Source: Callorhinchus milii (lineage: Eukaryota). From it: a stretch of 64,000 nt of DNA. The notes under the pieces were generated by a model that saw nothing but the letters and a program-made list of their open reading frames with translations, searched no databases and was not told the DNA's origin. A program made the position numbers and the translations under genes. Positions 39,967 through 52,350 of this stretch are shown one piece after another. How positions within the stretch are numbered: the first letter of the stretch is position 1; each line of letters opens with the position of its first letter. The stretch lies in the NCBI RefSeq assembly GCF_018977255.1, contig NW_024704743.1, positions 72,418,001 through 72,482,000 of the forward strand, read 5' to 3'.

Positions 39967-42900
39967 GCTTGAAAAGAAAAGGTTTACACTATCCTCATTA
40001 TGCTCTTCCATTATGCAGTGAATTTTTATTCAAATCAATTATGTTTTTCAAGCATTTTTGTAATTAATACTGTGGCATACAAATCTATTATGTAGGACAT
40101 TTTTATTGTGTATTTGGAACTTAAAATGTGAATTATCAGGGTTTAAGTTATGATACTGCCTAACAGGGTTTCTTAACATAGAATCCCATTAGAATCCCTG
40201 TCAAACCATAGAAATTTCACTCTGGAGGTAGATTGTGTTGGAGTGCAGTCTCCCTGTATTCGTATAAAATGCATTCAGTTACAGGAAAGAGTCTACATTT
40301 GAGCATTAAGAAACATCATAAATTAAACCCCAAATATGGAATAATAAGCACTTTGAAACATTCTTTTTCGTGAATACCCCTTTATAAATTCAGGTTGTTG
40401 CATCATATGGTTTGGTAGAAGTTGGCTTAAAAACTCCTTTACCATTACATGTTCTAACAAGCTTTCAGCTCCATACAGCCTAGTTTTTGAAGTACAATGC
40501 TCCTACTTATCATTATAATCCACTAAAACATCCTGATGAAAGGAAAACTGAATGCTTCCAGATGTCATGAGCAGGTATTCATCCTGATAATTAGAACGGC
40601 AGGATTCAGTCACAAAAGAAATATGACTATAATCATTATTTAAATACACACGTACGCAGTCTAGGTTTTGTCAAAAAACCTCTAGACACTGCGGTTTTAT
40701 TTTCATTTGTGAAGGTCAAAATAATAGTTGTAAATCTAAACAATGTAACATTTTCACTGTTAAATATGGCTTTCTTGATCTATTTGGGGTTCTGTAAAAT
40801 TATTTTGTTATTAATGCATCCTTTTGAGGATGATACTAAACAGAAACTGGTCTTAAGAATAATGTAAGTTTTATATACACATTGTTTGTGTGAAAGAGCA
40901 GTTTGTCAATGTGTTATGGCATGAATAGCTAAGCCAAAACTGCATGTCCCTATTATGCTGGATATTGGCAAGAGAAAAGGTAAATGGAGGTAAAGTACCT
41001 TTGCAGAGGGAAAGGAGGAGGGTGGTTCTCCTTGGTCTGACTGCCTTTGTGGTTCTCCTTGGTCTGACTCCCCTAGTACTTGGTTAATGAGCAGCATTGG
41101 CAGAGGCCAGGAACCATCTCATCTGAAACTGAGTTCCTCTCAATGAAAACTGTACTGTGAATACTGGAAATACAATACGATTTACATTTATATAGCGCCT
41201 TTCACCTCGGAAGGATGTTTCGAAGCAGTTGAAATCTGAATTCATGGAAACACGCAACAGATCAATCAGCAACTGAAAGGGAAAGACAGGTTAATGTTTT
41301 GGATATGATTCCTCATAAGAACTAAGATGAACCACAGTTCTTGTCTGATAAAGGGCGATGCCCAATCTCTTTCGGTTGCTCATCGACCTGATGAGCATTT
41401 CCAACATTTTTTATTTCAGGCATTTACAGCGTTTGCTAATAGCTAATCATCTGCTATACTCTGCACCAGGCTAGGAGACATGCAACAGGGAGACCTGAAA
41501 GAGAACAGGAAATACATACAAAAGAAATACAATGACTTCAAATAGAAAGATGTTTGGGACTACACGTAGCTTAGGTAACCCAACAAAAAGTGATTCTACC
41601 TCTTTAACTCAATTCAACTTTCCCACAGGACTTTACCTCATATTTCATCATGTAATTTTAATACATAATAATCCCAAAATGATTTTTTTAAGAACAGGCT
41701 TACATAATTAGCAACATTATGTATGATAACAAATGGCCTATTCTTCGGTTGTGCCATTCTGCATGGAAATTATATGAAATTACTTCAATTATTTGCATTA
41801 ATTGTGACCTGTTAAGTGCACTCATGTCAGATCACTGCAGTGTTGTTTGAAAGAATTTTGAATGATCTTATTGAAAAGAACCTGGTTCTTTAGTTCGCAA
41901 TTCCCACGAGTTTTCAATATCAACATTGAAAGTGTCAAAGCCTGCTGACAGGTCTAACTATAACTTACAAAATACTGCCTTTCATGTTAACTGCAGCTCC
42001 CCAGAAACAATGGGATCTTTGCTTCCAATCTTTTCTCCTCTCAGAAAATAAGTCTAAGATAAGGATTTTTTAAAAAAATGCAGGACAGAGCTCAAATGTT
42101 ATTAGTTTAATAGGGGAAGAGTAAGACATATTCAACAAACAGCCACAAAAGCCATTAGTTACTTTTCTGTTTATGTTCTATGTGCCATCTATAACATCAA
42201 ACCCTCCATCCAGCAATGCAATATCATTATTTTGTAAGAACTGGATGCCTGGAAATTTTAAAAGGACCATGAAAACCCATCTTAAAAATAATAACATCTA
42301 GATACAGATATCATGTATAATAATTAATTCCAACTGAAAATGTGCCTTCTAGGAGCAAACAAGTTTCTTATTACCCTTCCAGTTATATGTATATGGAGGC
42401 AGCTTTAGCTTTTTTGATGTCGCAAGCAAAGTAAGTGCAGGTTGGCAGGTGGGTGAGTGGAGGATTGATGAAGCCAATACAGTTTTAATCATTATAAATA
42501 ACCTGTCCTTTGTTTGTTATGGTTCTTGGACTTTTGTCTTCTGCGTGCCACCATTCCCTGATTAACAGGTTGCTCAGAGAATGTGTTCGTCGTCTTCTGC
42601 TTATACCACATATAGGGATGCAACCTTCAATTCTCTATTGCTATCATCCTACTGATATTGAGAAGTTAATGAGATTCAAAAAGCACCTGAAAGGCAGCAC
42701 AAAATGTACAATCACCCAAAAAAGTGTCTCGGGACTTAAAGTGAGTCTTGTGCCGGTAAGACCCATACATGTCATGCTGTTCCATGGTTCAGCCAGGAGT
42801 GGGGCACAAATCAATATTTTGGGGCGTTAAACCTTCAGGCTCCCACCTAGTACTAGATACAAAAATGACCAAAATCAATACCTGCAGTTGTTAGTATATT

Positions 42901-43279
42901 AAACTTTTAATAACCGCTAAAATCAAACTGGTCAGGTGAGAGGTGCAAACATTTGAATTGTCATATTATTGCACTGATCTTGCAATCATAGTAGATGCTT
43001 GTGCTACATTAGTGCCAACTAAATGATGCTTTACAGCAATTTACATGCAATACTAATGCTAGATCCAAGAGGCAGTGCTCCCTGAATTGCTTGATTTTAT
43101 TTTTTTTAATATCCTGCGTCTGCTGCTTTCATTCGCATTCTCATTTTATTCACATTTTACAGCAGGGCAGTAAGGTCACAGAGGTAGAGAGGGTAAGGCC
43201 AAAAAAGCATTTGAATGTGAGGTTGAAAATCATGAATTTTGTTTGGTGCAGGTGCCAGAGGAGGCAAGTGAGTGTACAA

Positions 43280-44225
43280 CACCACCAACAACAACTTGCA
43301 CTTATATTGCATCATCCACACAGGGTAGTGTCTCAGAGCAGTTAACAGTGGTGGAAGCCTGTCTTTGAGCCAGAGGGGATGGGGAGGTGGCCAAAAGCGC
43401 GATCTCTGATGGTGAGGCGGATGGTATGAGGGACGAGCAGGAGACCGGTGCCAGTCGAGCCGAGGCGCCAGGTGGTGGATTGGGGAGTGAGGAGGTTGGA
43501 GAGGGAGGGAGGTGTCAGACTGTGAAGGTATTTGAACATATGTGTGAGAATCTTGAAGTCGATCAGTTCGGTGATGGGGAGCTAGTGTAGCCTGGCAGAA
43601 CTGGTGGAGATTTGGGCTCGGAGTTTGGTTCGGGTCAGTATGTGGGCAGCAGAGTTCTGAATGAGCTGGATATTTTGAATGGAGGAGCTGGGGAGCCCGG
43701 CAAGGAGTGCATTTGAGTAATACAAGCGGAAGGTGACAAATGCATGCAGGATGGTTTTGGTTGCATTTGGGTATGTGGGTGATGGGCTCATGGAGCCTGA
43801 TGCAGCTTGTGTAAGGAGCAGCTGAGGAGTGGAGTGGGACAAGCAGGGCATAAAAGTACTCAAACCTAGAAGGGATTAACATGTGGATGGGGGCCTGAGG
43901 AGTCTTGGGAAGAGCTAATGGCAGAGGTGGGTGATGTTACAGAGGTGAGGGAAAGCAAGCCAATGAGTGTCTGGATGTAATGTAATGTTTGAAAGGTAGT
44001 TTGGTGGTTGAACAAGGCATCACGCTTCTGCACTGTTTTGAGGTAGCCTAAGCACCCATACAGATCTGTATGGTCAGCACCTGACGTAAGAAGGTGCTGA
44101 CAGGAACTAAGTAAGAGAGCCTCGGTCCTGTCAATATTGAGCTGGTGATAGTTAGAACTCACCCAGTATTTGATATCTGACAGGCAATGATGTTGGTGAG
44201 AACACCAGTGGTCCTGGAATCGAGT
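43280..44225 (-). mobile_element. Degraded L2
   Basis: NYHQLNIDRTEALL, HAFVTFRLYYSNALLAGLP, IQNSAAHILTRT; (CAA)n tail. Confidence 0.88.
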
Positions 44226-46748
44226 ATAGATTATAGGAACATAAAGATCAGGGGAAGTCCATTCAGCCGATCAAGCCTGTTATTCAACAAATAAGTAACA
44301 ATAATTTGGATACTCAATCCATGGCTGTTTGTGGGACACTGCTGTGTGCAATTGGCTGCTACGTTTCGCCTGCAAAATATAGTCAATTCACTTTACAGTA
44401 TATTCTGTGAAGCGCTTTGAATGTCTCAAAAGATGTGATAAGGCGCTATATCAAATGCAAGGATTATGATTATTATTATGCTCAAACTAACTGTAACTAG
44501 ATTCTTAATTAAGAAGTACCACAATTTTGACTCCAATGCCTTTTTCTGACAACCACAGTCAATCTTTTAAAGAATTGTTTTTGCCAGTAGTACTCTTTGA
44601 CATTATTGCTCTGGTCATTCCAAATGTTCCACTGCAGTTGCTGTTGATTATGGCCCAATATCCCCATAACTTCAGTCAAAGCCACTGAAATTAGTGTTGC
44701 TTTCTTTGGGGAGACTCTCTTCACCTTCCTTCACGAGAGATCTGTCTCTTTTCACAAAAAATTAAGCAAAATTCCACTAATTTTATTAATCAAAATAAAA
44801 TTTCATGGAAATCTAGACCACTTTGATGGTAATCCATAGGTATTTTGAGCAGAGATATTTCCCATCAATGACATGTCACTCAACTCTTGAATACAGAAGG
44901 AGATGCTGTTCACCAGATGGGGAAATACTGCTTTGGAAGTTAGAGAATCGGGGGAGGGAGAAAATTCCGAGGGTTTCCAAATGTATGCATCAAGTGGTAT
45001 ATCGTAATGTAAAGAGTGAATCATATAAGTTTTCCTTGGAACCAAATGTTAAAGTGCAATACAAAAAAAAATTATTAAAGAAAGTATAACTTCTTGTAAT
45101 TTTTATTTAATTGAAAATTAATTATCCCAATCCAGCAGGGAATGGTAGTAACAGAGCCCAATGCCTTACATGTAGATCTGTGGAATAGAATACGTATCCC
45201 TTGTTTCTGCGAACAGAAATGTAAAGCAAATTGTTAGGTAATTAAAATTAAATGTGTGGATATAATATAATAATAATAATCGTTATTGGAGGTGCTGTCT
45301 TTTGGATGAGTACTTAAACTGAGGTCCTGTCTGTCTATCCAGGTAGACATTAAAGATCCCATGGCACTATTCAAAAAGGGAAGGGAGTTTCTCCCACTGT
45401 CCTGGATAACAAATAAATGGTGGTTTGTGGGATATTGCTGTACACAAATTGGTTGCTGTGTTTTCCTACAAAATGTGAAGTCACTAGACTTCAGAGTATA
45501 TTCTGTGAAGTGCTTTGTGACATCCTCCTGATATGAGAGCTACTATATCAAATGTACAGGTTTTTTATTTTTAGATTTAGAGACAGCACAGAGAGTTCCA
45601 AGTCAGACATTAGGTGTGAGGGGTTACAATTATGACTGAGGCTGGCTGCTGCTGGATGCCAGTTCACAGCTGTTTCAGATTTCAAACATGCCCAGCTGGT
45701 GGTTACGCAGTTCCAGTTAGATTGATATCTCATGTCTGCAAAGCAGAGTTCATATTCTATATACACAAGCTGAGAACATTTCATTTTTTGGTGTTATTGG
45801 CCACATAAATTTTATGAATTATGACATTAGGATTTGTGACCTAAATTTCTTTTATTGCTTAGAAATCAATGCTGAGACACACTCAGCTTATGGCAATGTG
45901 CATTCTGTGTACACCCATAATTTAGTCAATCTAAATCATGTCCAAGTGTCTTGAACTGATATGTAAACAACTTGCATTTATTTAGTACCCTTTATGTGGC
46001 TCATGTCTTATAGCACCCAAATGACAGTATTTTTTCTTAGACTACTTTTGAATTTTGAAATTAATCCTCATGAATGTACTAGATTCAACAGAAACTAAAA
46101 ATAGCATAGAATATGTATAGTCCAAAGAGACCATATGGCAACTATTATGAGGTGAAAATTGAAATGTATTAATTAACACTTACAGGTTAATTAACATTGG
46201 AAAGTGATTTAGAGATTTAACACACTGACTGGTACCCAGGTCTGTGAAAGTTCCCTCTTCTTCCAGATAGCTGGCCATGGATTTAACATTCAATCTTGGA
46301 TCAAAAGCTGTGTGAATTATGGTTAGTAATTGTAATTTCGACACAGGAACAGAACAACAAAAACTGTTCTTTTGTCAGATGCTTTTTCAGTAACCACAAA
46401 CTTTACAATAATGTGTCCCATTCTTTTTAGGGAAAATGTATCTAATATCTTTCTCATTCTGCATCTCCCATTCACATGTTGCTTCTTGGATACAAAACTG
46501 ATCTCAGAAGAGGTGGTTTGGTCATTCTATTACACAGAGGGCATTTCAACATTGAAGGGAATTCAGTGAAGGGCAAGTAAATTAATAAGTGGAATTAGGC
46601 ATGTGAGTTATGAGAGACTATGAAAGCTGAAATGGTTACACTGGAAAAGTGAAATAATCAGATGATCTATTCAAGATCCTTAAGGGTATAGATAAAATTA
46701 GCCTTAAAAGTATGTTAATATAGCTTAAATCTACAACAAAGGGACATA

Positions 46749-47053
46749 ACAATAATCCTTGCACTTGATATAGTGCTTTTCACGTCTTCGAGTTGTCTCA
46801 AAGCGCTTCACAGAATATACTGTAAAGTGAATTGACTGTATATTTGTGGGTGAATTGCGGCAGCCAATTGCTCACAGCAGTGTCCCACAAACAATCATGG
46901 ATTGAGTAAAATTATTATTGTTTCTTTTCTCGAAGGATTATTATCAGGCGTGTGAAGTAAGGAAACTTGCCCAAGGTTTCGCCCTACCAGGAATCGAACC
47001 CAGGTCTCTCGCTTGCGAGGCGAGTGCTCTAACTACCGCGCTACAGAATTCCA
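46749..47053 (-). mobile_element. Full-length tRNA-Ala-derived SINE (CGC anticodon variant)
   Basis: Reverse complement gtagcgcggtagttagagcactcgcctcgcaagcgagagacctgggttcgattcc, followed by family body and tail. Confidence 0.88.
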
Positions 47054-48204
47054 CTGTTTGGACTCAAATTCAGGACAGGAAAGATGAACAGACAATTCAG
47101 ATTTAAGTTTGTTGCAGAGCAGGAGTAAGTACAAGTAAATCTTGTTATAATACAGTTGAGTTACAGTTGAGTTCAACGTCTTACTGACCATGTTAAATCG
47201 AGGCATGGAAAAATGGCCAACTCTCTGGTGGCCATGTCAACACTGACTTAACACCAATGAGAACTTGCATTTATTTAGCGCCCTTCATGCAGGATAGCAT
47301 CTCGGAGCGCTAGACTTAACTTCTTATGATGCACCCTGAGTTCACTGAATTCTCTATATCTGAAGTAACCTTATGATACAGTTCTACATAAATAAATGCC
47401 CATTTCTCGCACTATAATCAGTGAAAAAAATGCGTTGAGATCCAACTATAATCACGATTTCCAAACTGAATATAGTGAGGAATGGATGGTATCAAATCTC
47501 ATTAATTATCTCTTGGAACAAAAAGATTTCAAAACCAGCTTCTGCTGGAAATATAATTAGGAGTTGCATGGAACAGACTGCAAACAATGTTAATCTTTCT
47601 GACTGTATTTGTTTCAATCGTGCAGGATTTTTGCAGTCTGAAATTATTTCTGCAAGAAAAGAATTCCAACAATATCTCAGCACAAAGTAATGACTCAGAT
47701 TCATTTACAGATGTAGAATGTTGTTTCATCGCATCCTGTAATCTGATCTGAATCGGATAGTGACAGCTGTTCCATAGAATTAATAAACTGCACACAACAC
47801 AGATCCCTGCGTGGCTGAACCTGATAATAGTGCGCACAGGCAAGTTTCAACACTGCTGGAAATAGCTTAGACCAAGTTAAATAGCAAGGATCTAATGTCA
47901 TAGAATTACCTGTCTGTAAAACACTTATTTATCTTCATTATACAACTATTGCAGGCCAGTGGAATCCTCCAAATAGGAACTCCTTTCAACCACAGAAACT
48001 TATCTGCTGGTTTTAGACTTGGGGCTGTGACTTCTAAGCCAGTTTAATGCTTCTTAAATGCTTCCTAAACTGGCATAAGAATCACAATGCCCAGTACAAA
48101 GTGACTATTGAAAGATATTTTAGCAAAGATGAATTTACTCCATGAAATAGTTCCTTGAGTAGTAAACATTTGTTTCTGTTCAAATCCTGCAATTACCAAG
48201 GATC

Positions 48205-48790
48205 TCACAGCCATGGAAAGGGTACAGCAGAGATACACTAAGATGATACCAGGGTTGAGAGGCTATAATTATGTGGGAGACTTAAAAAGCTGGGGCTGAT
48301 TTTGCTGGAACAGAGAAAGTTTAGCGAGATCTAACCTTTCATAATTATGACTGGTTATAATAGAGAAGATAGAGGAAGACTATTTCCACAGATTAATAAG
48401 AGAGCATAAATTGAGCACTATGTACCTTCACGTGAAAAAAGGGGAGGTTAGTGTAGTGTAACATAATTTTACGTACAATAACTTACATTTGTACAGTGCC
48501 CTTCATATGGGTTAGCATCTTGGACACTGGCACATTACAGTAACAATATGTATAGGGTTGCGACAGAATAGAATGCCTAATCACAAATGCATATTGAAGC
48601 AAATATCTTAACAGCATTTGCAGGGAGTTGGATAAACACTTGAAGAAAAATAGTACTACGAATTGTTTTGAATATTACTAATAATCTAAATAATATAGGG
48701 GCAAAGCAAGGGCTGGAGCAGGATTAGAGTAGGTAGCTCCAGACCAGACATGACAGACCAAAATACCCCTTTTCCTCCTGTAGATATTCC
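48205..48790 (+). mobile_element. Old CR1 3' region, interrupted
   Basis: atggaaagggtacagcagagatacactaagatgataccagggttgagagg resembles the CR1 LERVQRRFTRMIPGL-type region. Confidence 0.7.
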
Positions 48791-49639
48791 ATAAATTACA
48801 TTCCACAAATGAACTAAATCAAAATAGACATACTTTGGGTGGATGTTACAAACTCTGATGTGACAGTAGATTCTTATACACGATTGTCATAGGTGGCATA
48901 CCATTTGATGTGTAAATTTGTCCACCCGGCTTTCTTTGATACCTAATCCCAGCTGCTTCTTTACGAAAACATCAGTCATCACAGCTATTGTTAAATTTGA
49001 CAGTACCCTGACGACTGAAAGAGTTCCAAATGGAATTTATTACTTTTCTCGTGAATGTTTACCACAGATCATATTTCAGTTACAGTCATTTTGCACCCAG
49101 CAATGTCCTGCAAAGAGCTATGAAATGAATGACCAATTTTTATCCTGGGATTGCTGGAGAGGAATTTTCTATTTGCATAGTGCCAGATGATCTTTAACAA
49201 GCGGGCAAGACCTCAGTTTAACATATCATTCAAAGGACAGCACCTCCAAAAAGGTAGTGCACCCTCAGCGCTGCATAGCTTAGACTTTGAGTTCAAATTC
49301 CCAATGTGGGGCTTGATCCAACAACCTTCTGATTTGAAGATGATTATCAATTGAATGATCAGAACAAATGTTGCTTCCACAACTTGCTTGTCCTCTTGAA
49401 ATGGTGAAGAGTTTAAAAATGTCAGTGTCTTCTGTGGATCTGTTTTCCATATTACCACAGTGTGAAGCAAAATTGCTCATTGATGGCTCGTTGGCATCTA
49501 ATTTTGCATCAGTGGGCACTCATGTTTTGTGGAGGTGGAATGATTTTACAGAGAATATTAGAAATATTTTTTGCTTCAAGTTGAAATGTTTTGCAAAAAT
49601 ATTTTTTCAATCCAAGGAAGATAGTTTTCAAATAATATA

Positions 49640-49945
49640 ACATTTGAAGATGTGTCTAAAAATTTAAATGAGACAGAAAAAGTAACCCCAGGTCGATACC
49701 TTAGGATGCAGCAAGACAGTAGAAAATATGTTTAGAATTCCAAGACAGATACCAGGAAGCTTTTATTTTCTCAGAGGGTAATGAATGACTGGAACAAGTT
49801 GCCAAGAAACGTAGTTGAGGCCAGGACACTGGACCCATTTAAAAAGCAGTTTGATGCTGTATGGTAAGGACAATAGGATGGGTGTTCTGGAAGGATGAGA
49901 TCAGATGGGCTGAAGGGCCTTCTTCATTCAAACCAATCTTGTGAT
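49640..49945 (+). mobile_element. CR1 3' fragment; related copy at 57965-58215
   Basis: caggaagcttttattttctcagagggtaatgaatgactggaacaagttgcc...gatgggctgaagggccttcttc. Confidence 0.75.
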
Positions 49946-50062
49946 AAATCTTTTATTCAAATGCCATCTTAAATAGTCCCAAATAGGTGTATTCAGTCTT
50001 GGTTTTCATTTCCAAAGCTTGAAAATGTTCACGCTGAACCAGTCACTCTATTAAAATACATT

Positions 50063-50612
50063 GTGCTGTAGCTCAGTGGTTAGAGCACTCACCTCACAAG
50101 CGAGAGACCTGGGTTTGATTCCTGGGCAGGGTGAAACATTGGGCAAGTTTCCTTACTCCACATGCCTTTTTTTAACTTAGCAGTAAGTAGGAACCAGGTT
50201 AGTTGATTGGAGAACTGCTTTTCTAGGGGTAATAATCCCTTAAAATTTGCGAATCACCCACAAAATATTCAATCAGTTTACTTTAATATAATAAAAATAA
50301 TAATCCTTGCATTTGACATAGCACTTTTCACATCTTCGAGACGTCTCAAAGCTCTTCACAGAATATATTGTAAAGTGTATTGACTGTATATTTGTGGGCG
50401 AAATGTGGTAGCCAATTGTGCACAGCAATGTCCGACAAACAGTCATGGAATTGAAGTGACCAAATTATAATTGTTTTTTTTTTCTTGAGGGATTATTATC
50501 AGGTATGTGGAATAAGGAATATACTTTACAGTATATTCTGGGAAGCGCTTTGTGACATCTCAAAAATGTGATAAGGCGCTAGATCAAATGCTAGGATCAT
50601 TATTATTAGCAT
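50063..50612 (+). mobile_element. tRNA-derived SINE interrupted by an antisense SINE (about 50286-50521)
   Basis: gtagctcagtggttagagc head; tacttta duplicated at 50279-50285 and 50522-50528. Confidence 0.85.
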
Positions 50613-51949
50613 TATTGTTGCTTGGTATAAAATATTAACTTCAATAGAATTACGTTTTCTATCAAAATATTTCTGGAGAGCAACCAGTTAAAATGTCAGC
50701 TCACAGGGCAGCAATCTGCATTCATCATGCAATGCCTTCTGGATGACTTTGACTGAAGTTCAAAGTTATCCTTGAATTACAAGATCATAACAATGCAAGA
50801 AAGGAACAAAGTGGGAAAAACGTTGCACTCACAGAGGAAAATCTGTACATTCATAAGGAGTTATATTATCAGGTAGATGTCTGGAGAGCTTGTTCAAATT
50901 TGTTGAAACCAGCAGTTGTTTTGAAGAAGCAAATGAATAAGTAACTAATGAGTAATCGTAAACTGCTGTAAAAACAATTTAAGGAACTGAATAAGAAGGT
51001 ATACTGGAACTCTGAAGAAACTTGCCATAATGGGCCAACACGTGCATTTGAAAATGAAATAGATATATACTTGAAGACAAATAATAGTAAAGTAATGGGG
51101 TAAGATCAGGAAATGAGATTAGATATATTATATATTAGAGTAGATAACTGCAGGGGGTGGCAGCCCCAGCATAGACATAATGAACCAATCTTATATTTGT
51201 TGTGAGCCAATACTGCATTTGGTGCCCTTTCATTCTTTGTTGAATTCATAAAAGCAATGTTTGGAGTTGAAAAATTTCAACTGACAAACTACCCAGGGGT
51301 GAGTTGTCGTTCCAGTTTTTGTGAGTTAAGAGAACTATTTGTCAGTTTGCAAGTAATCATTTGTTGATGTATCTAAATCCTTCACTCTTTCTTTTGCCAA
51401 GTTTTTGCTGCATTCAATCATTTGTATCCTGATATAACTCTTCTCTGTTTTGCTATAACAAAGGCACATTTTATTCCATTGCTCCACTTTGCCAGATATA
51501 AATATAATTCAGGTGAGCTCGGGGTGAGTTATTTGCTGAACAATGAGCACATTTTGAAGTCTTTCCCTAGCATTGCCTTCACATGATGAGTAAAGGCAAT
51601 GTTTTGAATAATAAAGGATTTTCATTATGAATTTTGGTTCAGGAAAGAAATAGCATGTGCAAACAACTTGAAAGTTATTGTTGGCACCCTGCCTTTAGAT
51701 GAACTTTATCTGTTTAAGATGTACTAGCTTTCCTGCTGCTTTTCCAGTTCAGAGCACACTACCCATTAAGGCACTGGCTTGCAAGGTTAACAGGAACTGA
51801 ATCCCCAGTGACTGGTCTGCCCTTCCAAGTCCTGCCGATGAGCCAGGCTGGCTCAGTTGTCATCAGAGGTTGGGCTCAAGTCTTTAACATTCCTTGGAGG
51901 TAGTTCAGCTCCAAGGGGACCCTATAAGATGTCCTATGCTAAGAATAGT

Positions 51950-52350
51950 CTTTGCTTTTCATATAACAATTGATGTCTCAAAGTTTTCTGTAAAAGTGAA
52001 GTGAAAAATTTGTACATTTGTAAGGCAAACACAGCAGCCAATTTGTGCACAGCAATGTCCCACAAATGTCCATGATGTGAATCCCTGTATTTTTATCTGG
52101 AGGATTGTTGGCAAGACACTGGAAGAATCTTCTTTCTCCTTGTTTCGAATAGCATCATTGGATTTGTAATGTTTACCTGAACAGGCAGACAGGACCTCAG
52201 TTTAATACCTCATCTGAAGGACAGCACTTCTAAGAATCCAGTGCTCCCCAGCACTATATTGGACTGTTAGCCTGTACGATGAACTCAGAGACCTGACAAT
52301 GGGCTTGAACGTATAATGTTCTGATACAGAGACAAGTGTGCAACCAATTG
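51950..52350 (-). mobile_element. Deu-like SINE
   Basis: acctgaacaggcagacaggacctcagtttaatacctcatctgaaggacagcac and gcagccaatttgtgcacagcaatgtcccacaa blocks. Confidence 0.75.

Noticed and set aside
41022..41069. 21-bp direct repeat with 27-bp period (gtggttctccttggtctgact twice)
   Set aside because: Only two units; an ordinary local duplication, not an array or CRISPR
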